The notes under the pieces: model-generated
Database searches by the model: none
What the model was told of the DNA's origin: nothing
What the model saw: the letters and a program-made list of their open reading frames with translations, nothing else
DNA from: the human T2T-CHM13v2.0 reference genome, Homo sapiens
Assembly (NCBI RefSeq): GCF_009914755.1
Contig: NC_060925.1
Length of the DNA stretch: 64,000 bases
Reading direction: 5' to 3' (one strand)
Made by a program: the position numbers and the translations under genes
Shown here: one piece after another, positions 54,571 through 64,000 of the stretch
Position numbering within the stretch: position 1 is the stretch's first letter
How the letters are laid out: each line of letters opens with the position of its first letter

Positions 54571-56864
54571 AAGGTATGCTGGATATTGCCTCACATCCCT
54601 CTCACTACCTCTACTAGTACTACCAGACTTTGCATGATGGATGCCATCTAATGCTATTTCTTCATACAGATAGCTTCTTACATCTTCCTTTCAGGGAACT
54701 AAGAAAGGCTTTCTTCTGTTCTTTGACCTAGGCCTGCCTACTGTTCTGCTTTTTGGGAGGTCAGGCTGGATGGTAATCTCAAGAGACAAGGAGAAATTGC
54801 TTTTCAAATAAAAACAACTCCAATAATTTGGCCATAAGTCAGGAAAAGTAGACATTATGAGATGAAAATATGATGACTGTTGAGGCTAAGATAAAAGCTA
54901 TTGCATGAATGGACCACTGAGAAACTTCCACAATTCACTTGTACCAGGCTCCAAACGGGTTAACTGGTTATCACCAATCAGAAACCAGGTGATTAAGCAG
55001 ACATTTGGTGGCACACTTAAGCAGTTGTGGCAGGATATTGAGTTGTTGCTTTGAACATATTTCAGTATAATAGGATTTAAATTTTCCCCTTTTCTTTGGA
55101 TTTTTCAGTTAATATTGGAATTAAATTAAAGCATTAAGTCAACCAGCTTAGTGCAAAGCAAATTATGTCAGGTTCAGCATTGAAAGCTTTGTTATGGAAT
55201 ATCTATTGACTCAAGCTTATTAGCTTGTAAATCCTCTAGTTTTAGATTATGATCTATTGATTATCTGCTTTTATTTGTGTTTTAAATGAATAAACAAAAA
55301 GAAATCATCATGGTTTAGTAATTACACCTTAAGAGAAAATGTACTTAAGCTTAGCATACTTAATTAAAAATAAAAACAACTTTGATTTGTTCTGAGAGCT
55401 AGAAGTTGTGGTTCTTATTTTCATTTAGGCAGATCAAAGATTGTTTTTATTTTTCCACAATCATTTTTATTAGACATTTGGACAAAATGGGAACAAAATT
55501 TTTCACAAAGGATAGAAAGTGTGCTGAGTTTGGCATTTTGAATGCATTATTAATTGTTCTACAATCTATTATTTTGCTTGGCTTATCTTAGCAGAGAGGC
55601 AGAAATGATCTGCTGTCTCATATGTAGGAGAAAAATTCTGAGAAGCCCTTGTGACTAACACCCAGGAAGAGTCCACTTCTGAGAGCCCAGGCGCTTTAAT
55701 CAAAACAGCAGTCAACTTAGAAGAATTGAGCTTAAGTTCTGATTGTCACTCACACTAGATGTACCTTAGGTAAATCATCTACTTTTTCTGAGCTAGATTT
55801 CTAACAGTTAGTATCTTTCTCTTGGGCTTTTGTGACAATTAAAACAGATGACCTCTGTGAAGTACCTGGCACATCACTGTCACTCAAGAAGAGTGCTCTG
55901 AATGTGATCCTTGGGAATAGGAACAGCTAAGGAAAGCTAAGGAAATGTGGGGTTCTGTTGATTCCAAAGGATAATTGTTTAAATTTGACTTTATAGTTTA
56001 TTTAAAACTCTCAGCAAAAAAATAAAGCTCTGAGATTGGTTTGTGATCTGAGGGTTAAATCCACAGTCAAATTATGTCTTTTTCTGGCATGGTTCTAGGC
56101 ACTAAATGGAAAGGAATAAAAGTAGAAAGTATGAACATACTGGATTTTAGGAACTGTAATCCATTAGGAATGTAAAACTCACCTTTCTGAAACCACTAGA
56201 GAAATACATGGGAACCAAGCACTGAAGGTGTATACACAAGAAATCATCATGGGTTTAGGTGGTCACAAAATACTCCATAAAAGGACAGGCTTTAAATATC
56301 AATATATAGGAAATTTACTAGCTCTGTGTGCTAGAAGAGTACAATTGCATCATTCAATGCAACATGTGAACAATTAAAACAAATTTAAAACTCATAGAAT
56401 CTTAGAAGGGAATTTATAATAAGCAATTTGACCATCATATCTGAAGCAAAAATCCCAGAAGACAGTGGGAAGAAGGATGTGGAAGGGAAACATCCTTTTA
56501 AACTCAATAAGAACTAAAGACCAATTTGCAAAAGTTGTATTTTTTATAATGGAGACTCTGGAATCTGCTTTATTTTCCTCCATTGCCCTTAGCTTATGTA
56601 TGGTATGTATATATTTTATTTCCTTATCTTGTTTATTGTCTTTATCTCCCCACTAGAGTAAGAGCTTCAAGAGGGAAGCATTTTTGTCTGGTTTATTCAC
56701 TGTCATATACCCAGTTGGCATATATTAGATGCATACACATACTGACTGGATGAGTGAATGAATGAATCAATTAAGTTCTGTATCTGTCCTTGGAAAAGGA
56801 AGAATGGGAGTTTTACAGCGAGGAGCTAACAATATTCATCTATTTGTTTGCTTTTAGTGCAAAG

Positions 56865-57238
56865 CAGTGATCCCCAACCTTTTGGGCACCAGGGATCCGT
56901 TTCATGGAAGACAATTTTTCCATGGAAGGGGGAGGTGGGGATGGTTTTAGGATGAAACTGTTCCACCTCAGATCATCAGGTATTAGTTAGATTCTCATAA
57001 GGAGCACACAACTTAGATCCCTTGCGTGCGCAGTTCATAATAGGGTTTGCTATGTGAGAAGCAATTGCCACAGCTGATCTGTGGAGCAGATCTGTGCTCC
57101 ACTCCTCAGGTGGAGCACAGCAAGAGGTGGAGCTCAGGTGGTGAGGCTCACCCTCCACTTACCTCCTGCTGTGTGGCTTGGTTCCCAACAGGCCACAGAC
57201 CAGTACTGGTCTGCGTCCCCGGGGTTCTGGACCCCTTG
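56865..57238 (+). mobile_element. MER1B-type hAT-Charlie element
   Basis: cagtgatccccaacctttttgggcaccaggga...ttcatggaagacaattttt...ccccggggttctggacccct. Confidence 0.88.
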
Positions 57239-58926
57239 TGTCAAGTGACATATTGTAGTTTATGGTTCTATGCTAAGGGGGTTTATGGATTATATTATCT
57301 GGTTTTAAGTATACTAACTTTGGAAACATGAATGGCTTTCAAAATTCCTAGAATTCAAATTTATGATTCAAATATAACACTAACAATACAAACATAAATG
57401 AAGAACAAATAAATGGCCAGTCTGATTCTCCTTCCTTCAAGCTCCTTATCAACCACAGCATGAGGTATAAACATGAATGGTCCAATTGTATTTGATCAGA
57501 AGTGTCAACAAAATTTTGAAATGATCAAGAACACTCAGGAAAGAGATTGACATTCAGCATCATTAATGATTAATCTTTCAGTGTGTATTGTGCCTTGAGG
57601 TATTATTGATAGTAGTTGCTCATAATAAAATATTTTCTTGATAATTTTATCTATTTCCACTCCTTTAAAAATGTCTATTTCTATAGTGTAAATGATACTA
57701 TTTAACTAGTACATATTTTATAATTTACAAATAAGTAAATATACATATTATGCAGATGTGTGCTCCCCAAATTATTATTTCTACAAGTGAATATTCTAAA
57801 AAGTTTGGAGATCGCTGACCTGTATTAATGTTCTTCCTTCAGCAAACCTATTATTAAGAAGAAAAACAGAGCAAAATCTTTTTCCTCTTTGAAAATGAAA
57901 TTGAGTTTGATCACAATGATCTGATGAATAAAGTTCTAAAATAAGAGCACAAGTAACTCACTTAGGTTGTTGCCTTGTAATGGACAAAGTCCAGTAATAC
58001 TTTTTGGAAGATAGATGCTTGAAGATAATTTGTAAAAAAAAAAAAAAAAAAAAACTCATTCCCTTGACTAATTTCCCAGTGGGAAGTGCTGACTATTATT
58101 GGTAAAAATGATACCTATGGTCATTGCCCAGATGGCTCTTTGAAGAATGTAGTTGGAGACAAAAGCCCTATAAAATGTGTATGTCACAAAATCATACTAA
58201 ACCTGTATTGTGCACTGGGGCTATTTTAACCAGTTACACTGTTTCATTTATTTTATTAATTCTTTTGACTATTTCTCGGGTTGAATGATTTGATTTAAAA
58301 TCTCTGTTAAGCTTAAAGGCTAGAGTGAAGAAGACCGATGCACATACAAGTGATTGGGGCAAGGTATAAAATATTTACACTGCCTCTCACTACTGTGTTA
58401 CTTACAAGATTGCAAGTGATCAGTTACACTGAAAAAGGTGCTGTATTGGGAAGGAATCAAGAAGCTATGGGTACACAGGGAACTCCCCATCCCAGGGAAG
58501 TGATGTTCAGTTATCACAGTGACTGTCATTTTAACAATTGTGCAAGTGCATCATTCACTGTGGGTGACTAGAAACAGATGAAGAGGAGCTGAAAAATGGA
58601 AGAATTTTCCTTGTCTCATGTCTCTCTGATAACGAGGCAGACTACAGAGCATGAAAGATGAGGGCTGCCCAATTCAAACCAAAGCACGTAGCCACCATCT
58701 GGGCATTTTAAAAGTAGGACACATGAAATGCTCAGATGTATCCCCCAACAGGGTGCAATAATACAGCAGTAAAAAGAAAACTACAGTGAACTATGGCTAC
58801 TTCCACACTTGCAATCATTCTAGTACAAGCAGGGGCAAAGATTTTCCAAAAACTCTTTCTTATGTACATCTCAACTGCTCATACGTTTAGCTCAGGGTCT
58901 TAACAGTCATGCGTGGTAAGTAAACA

Positions 58927-58945
58927 TACCCAGTAGAGGGCGCTC
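58927..58945 (+). promoter_or_regulatory. CTCF core motif, strong match
   Basis: tacCCAGTAGAGGGCGCtc versus consensus CCA(C/G)(C/T)AG(A/G)(G/T)GGC(A/G)C; occupancy unknown. Confidence 0.6.
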
Positions 58946-61180
58946 TCCTCATGGAAAGGAAAGGGTCCTACGGCTCTAGGTGGAGCACTCAATTTGAGGG
59001 TTCAAAAATAAAACTACTCCTTAGACTACAGACACTAAAAGCATCATTTCCGTTCAGAAACATTTACAGCTGAAACAAATATTGACTTTTAAAGTGATAT
59101 ATTTGACATTCAAGTGTGTACTCAATTGAGCCATTTGTTTCAGTTGCTGCCAGATGTAGACCCTTAATTTTCTGAACGAGAATGACTAAATTACTCAAAA
59201 GTTAGAAAAAAAAGAACATTAGCATGTTCTTTTTGGATCTTTGAAGGTAAAAGTTCAGAATTTCTTATTTCTGGAATAAGAAATAAGAAATTTCTTATTT
59301 GCTGGCTCCATTTCTTCTATCGGCTTCTAGATCCTCAAGGCAAGCAATCTACTAACACTGCATAGTAAGTCACTGCTGCTTCAGTTTAACATCCCTCAAG
59401 CCCTCGCTTTCTTCCAACTTCTTCTGATGTACGTTTTGCAATAAGAGAGATAATGTTATTTACAGAAATCAATGGCAGACATATAGAAGCATATAATCTT
59501 TGAATGCCCGCAAAATGAAATGCATGAATTAAAATATTGAATTCATATATTTCAACTGAATTTTAATTATATAGATAAGGAGTATTTTATAATCCCTTCT
59601 TAAGTTCTTTCATATTTGCAAAAGTGAGTATTCATAAGATCAAGTCAATTTACAAGGTTTTCATTTCCTGTGTTGCGACTTGGAGTTGAACTGAGAGACA
59701 AATAAGGAAGGCAAGCACAGTGCTTGTTGTAAAAATGCAGCATCAAAACACCCTAATGATACTTATAATTGCTAGAAGTAATTTAAAACTGTCTTTCTGC
59801 TTTAGGAAGGAATGAAACTCTAAGGAAATACAAATGAGGGAATTGAAGAGAACATATTTTAGGAAGAAAATGTATTCAAAGAGAATCTTTCCATTTTAAT
59901 TTCCTCATGTCAGTAGAAATTCTAGATACATTTAACAGGAAAACTCCTCAAGACTTTTTTTTCTGGAAATCCCTAAAGTTTTTCTGGGGGGTCTCTCCTT
60001 ATGTATCATTTTTTATTTTACTCCTTGCTAAGAATTCTTATTAGTCATTCTAACCATTCAATTTGTCCTGCCTGTTTTGTAATGAATAAATAGCATATAC
60101 TGTTAATTGGCCACCTGAGGTTCAAAGAGGGGAAAAATGGAGTTGATGTCTGCACACTGTAATGTGCTGACAACATATTGACCACACTCTATTTCACAAG
60201 ATTTAAAATCAAGCTTCCTCACCCTGTTCACACTTCCCTCCCTTTGCTCCATTCTTGACTGTCTGTGGGGCTAATATAATTTTCTTAAAGTGATTTATTT
60301 CTAACAGATGCGATCACCCAGCCACAGGGACCTGGATGCACAAATGTCCCCTAACAACTTTAATTTCTGGATATAATAAGCATATATTCCACTAATAAAT
60401 AATTATTGCTCTGTTAAAAACGAGACACCAAGGCTTGTGGCGTGATGACCAGGTCTTCCTAGTCAGAAAGGACAAAGAGATGGACTCTCTTGAGGCCTTT
60501 AGCGACTCCCAACCCAAATATGCTATCATATTTCTAAAATGTGGTAGGCCAGGAAGGAAGAAAATTGGTCACAGTTTAATGTGGCCCAGTAATATTTAGA
60601 AAGCTACTTTTAGGTACACATTTAGTTTCTTATAAATCAGATATTAAACATGATTAGGTAAGGAGGATGATAGCATAGGTCCTGGTATAAAGTTTATAGG
60701 ACAATCTCAGAAGAGTGATTTGTTCTTTCCCTCAAGTTCTTTCCTGCCTCTTTTAGCATCTCAAGGGTGGATGCACATGTGTGTCCTCATCGCCTTTGCT
60801 GTCAGCAGCACTGTCGTTTTTGAAGGCTGGTGAGTTGGCCCTCGGCAGTGTCACCAATTCAATGATGAAGCTTGGGCTGTGATTCATTGTCCAGGACTAA
60901 GTGAGGTACCACCAGAACACTGTGGATGTTGAGTAACTTTTTCAATGAGTTTAATATCTCAAGTCAACCTTTGGAGGAGCTTGTCCTCTTGGCTGGCCTC
61001 TTGGCTGGCCTTGTCTTTTCTTTCCCCACTGCTCTACCTGGAGTCTTGGGTCAACTGCCACAAGACCATTCTGCTACTAACATATTTAGTGAAGAAATCC
61101 ATACTTTTGGGAAAGGGGTATTAGGGAATGCAGGGGAAACAAGAAAATATAATAAATTTTCCTTCCTTCCTTCCTGTCTT

Positions 61181-61490
61181 TCTTTTCTTTTGTTCTTTCT
61201 TTTATTTTTTTTTGGAGTCTTGCTCTGTCACCCAGGCTGGAGTGCAGTGGCAGATCTCGGCTCACTGCAACCTCCACCTCCTGGGTTCAAGCAATTCTCC
61301 CTGCCTCAGCCTCCCAAGTTGCTGGGATTACAGGTGCCCACCACCATGCCCGGCTAATTTGTGTATTTTTAGTAGAGATGGGGTTTTGCCATGTTGGCCA
61401 GGCTGATCTCAAACTCCCGACCTCAGGTGATCTGCCCACCTCGGCTTCCCAAAGTGCTGGGATTACAGGCATGAGCCACAGCGCCCGGCC
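61181..61490 (-). mobile_element. AluS with (CTTC)/(CTTT) tail
   Basis: Reverse dimer ending gcgcccggcc. Confidence 0.94.
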
Positions 61491-62244
61491 AGAAGAAAAC
61501 TTTTCCTTTTTTTGAAATTCTGGACTAGTATCTCCAGACAGGACCCTGTCAACACACTATGACACCATGATATCTTCATGTGCTGATTTCTTCTCTGAAA
61601 ACCTATTTTGAATCTTACTCACCACTATTTACTGAGTGCCGTCTCAGTTCCTGCGACTCTAAGAGGTGCTGCCTCTCTGCGGGAGGCACTATTAGGCATA
61701 ACCTCCTGAAGGCATACAATGAGTAAAAAAGCCAAAGCCAGTCTCTAATCCATGTTTCCTGACCCCAGACCCATGCTGCTAACCACCTCACTCAATAGCT
61801 TTGCTAGGCATCTCTTGGGAGTATTTTGATTTTTTTTTTAAATCAGTTGTTTTAATATCAGCCCAATTAATGGGGGCATATTGGAAAAATATTCCCCATG
61901 TGACCTCCTGAAGCAGAGACTTGCCATCAGATGTTTCAAAACCAGGCTTCTGTTTCTTTGCCTGAATAAGGTAATATCTGTTCTACTTTTCTTCTATTTG
62001 AATTTCACCCATTGTTTAAAGCACAGACCTCTCCCAAAAGCCTTCTCTGAACTTTTCCAGTCCAAGTGATCTTTTAATTCTTTGAAACTTTTATCAATTG
62101 TTTTCTATATTTATACTAGGCAATGAATCATATCAAGCTCTGTGTCATCTCTTTGTCCTATTGAACTATAATTTGTGGCTTTCATTGATGTTTAGCTTTT
62201 CATAAATAACATCTTGTTCCACTAGGCTGAAACTCAAGAAGCAA

Positions 62245-62445
62245 TACTGGATAACAGAAAGAAAAGGCTTTAGAAGCTGAGAGAGCTGCAATCAAATCCA
62301 AACTCTGCAGCTAGCTGTGTGACCTTGGGTATGCTACTTAACCTCTCTGAGTTTCCATTTCCTCATTAATAAATTTAGGTAATAATACTCCACAGATTGG
62401 TTATTGAGGTGAAATAAGATGGCATGTGTAAAGTGCCCATAATAT
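62245..62445 (+). mobile_element. MIR
   Basis: ctagctgtgtgaccttggg...cttaacctctctgagtttccatttcctc. Confidence 0.75.
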
Positions 62446-63372
62446 GTTTTATGTGGAAGTTGTCAGCTTATAAATTGAAATTGGAACATATAAATGATGC
62501 TTTCTCAGTTTGATTTAGCTGTGAACATACAGATTTCCTTTTAGGTGAAATAAGAAGCATAACAAAGCATTTGAAAAACAATTTCTGAAATATGATTACA
62601 GGTTAGCAAGAAACCAGAAATAAAAGCTAAATATTAAAGAGAAAAATAAAGACAGAAGAGGAATAGAAAGTGTGTGTGAGGGAGAGTGGAGTGAAATTGT
62701 AGCTGAGTAGGCCAGGTAAGGCTTTAGTGGTAGTAACTTTTCACTTAAGACCAGAAGAAAGTGTGGGAGCCAACCATGGGGACACCTGGGTAAGAGCTTT
62801 CCAGGCAGAAGATGCTCTAGTCAATAGATTGCTAGCCTTGCCATTTGTGCCATGAGGAAATAATAACTTAATGGGTTCTCATTAATATTAATGCATGCAT
62901 GCAAAAAGAATAATTTTTTGGTTTCCTAGGTTTTTTCCCTCTCTTTTTTCTTTTTTAGTTTAAAGGGCAATTTATATCCTGGTCTTTCTCCCTTTGGGGA
63001 AATGGAGAAGGAAAAAGGGCTTAAAGATAAGGCAACTCTCCTCTGGGAATTAAAAGTAGTTTTCCCTTCAAATTTTTCTACAAACGTTTATCTGGACTTT
63101 TCCTTTAACAAACTGTGTTTATAACATCTTAGAAGACCAAAAAGCTTGGAGGATTGTGCAGTTTTAGAGAATAAAACATCAATATGACCTATATGGAATT
63201 TTTAAGTGCCGAGGTGTTTTTGGTGTAATAGGTCTAAAAATATTTGAAGGGTTCAAGTCTTACTCAAATATTAATGGTCTTTATTGTAATTCCCAAAGAT
63301 TTTTGATTATCTTAAGTAAGCTTCCTCTTAATATCATGCCCCAAATAGGGATGACAGAAATTATACTTTTAA

Positions 63373-63658
63373 AATTTAATTTAAAGTTCCGGGATACACG
63401 TGCAGGATGTGCAGGTTTGTTACATAGGTAAACGTGTGCCATGGTGGTTTGCTGCACCTATTAACCCATCACCTAGGTATTAAGCCCCACATGCATTAGC
63501 TACTTATCCTGATGCTCTTCCTCCCCTCACCCCCCTAATAGGCCCCAGTGTGGGTTGTTCCCCTCCCTGTGTCCATGTGTTCTCATTGTTCAGCTCCCAC
63601 TTACAAGTGAGAACATGTGGTATTTGGTTTTCTGTTGCCAGGTTAGTTTGCTGAGGAT
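63373..63658 (-). mobile_element. 5'-truncated L1PA 3' stub with TSD
   Basis: aagttccgggatacacgtgcaggatgtgcaggtttgttacatagg...; TSD agaaattatacttttaa at 63356-63372 and 63659-63675. Confidence 0.92.
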
Positions 63659-64000
63659 AGAAATTATACTTTTAATTGTTGATGTCATCATCAAGGAAGA
63701 TAGTGGAGTCTTAACTGTTTTCCCCAAAAACAAAAATACTTCAAAAGGTCAACTTCTATCATTTTGTTTAGAATTCATTAGCTGTCTCCTCACCTTGTCT
63801 GCTTCATTTTTTGTATATGGACAGGGTTGTGGTACCAGATGTGTACTTAGTCTCACTATGGGTTGTGACACTTGATTTAGAAAACACTGCTGTTGGGACA
63901 CACATGAGAATTAGAATAAAGCACTAGATGGACAGGTCTTTTCTCCCTAGAAAACTTCCAGAGGGGACAGTGCTCTTGACATTTCAGAGATAATGAAGAG

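Noticed and set aside
57156-57166. Perfect minus-strand donor GAG|GTAAGT in MER1B
   Set aside because: No convincing acceptor within exon distance upstream

Overview
This is human/great-ape genomic DNA from the 3' part of USH2A (usherin, 1q41), transcribed on the minus strand. It holds three coding exons with canonical splice sites: 28542-28769 (228 nt), 22493-24009 (1517 nt) and 19365-19686 (322 nt). Their lengths match exons 62, 63 and 64 of the long isoform as I recall them (c.12067-14133), and they encode tandem FN3 repeats. The rest is intron 64 (1-19364), introns 63 and 62, and intron 61 (28770-64000). The introns contain about 16 Alus, a full-length dead L1PA in sense to the gene, two L1PA 3' stubs, L2/MIR, MaLR LTRs and DNA-transposon relics. 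Almost all other ORFs in the track are repeat-derived or chance. I cannot establish a new biological system from sequence alone. The best leads are: (i) exons 62-64 form a stop-free, phase-0/phase-0 2067-nt block bracketed by inverted Alus (circRNA / rolling-circle candidate); (ii) the exon 63-64 junction recreates a 5' splice site (recursive-splicing motif); (iii) a latent 52-nt pseudoexon lies one base from activation and probably is the known PE64; (iv) two well-formed antisense micro-exons lie next to exon 64; (v) the L1 retains an open ORF0-like frame and an antisense donor. Several small templated duplications, hairpins and CTCF motifs are also present. Repeat boundaries and subfamilies are by-eye estimates.
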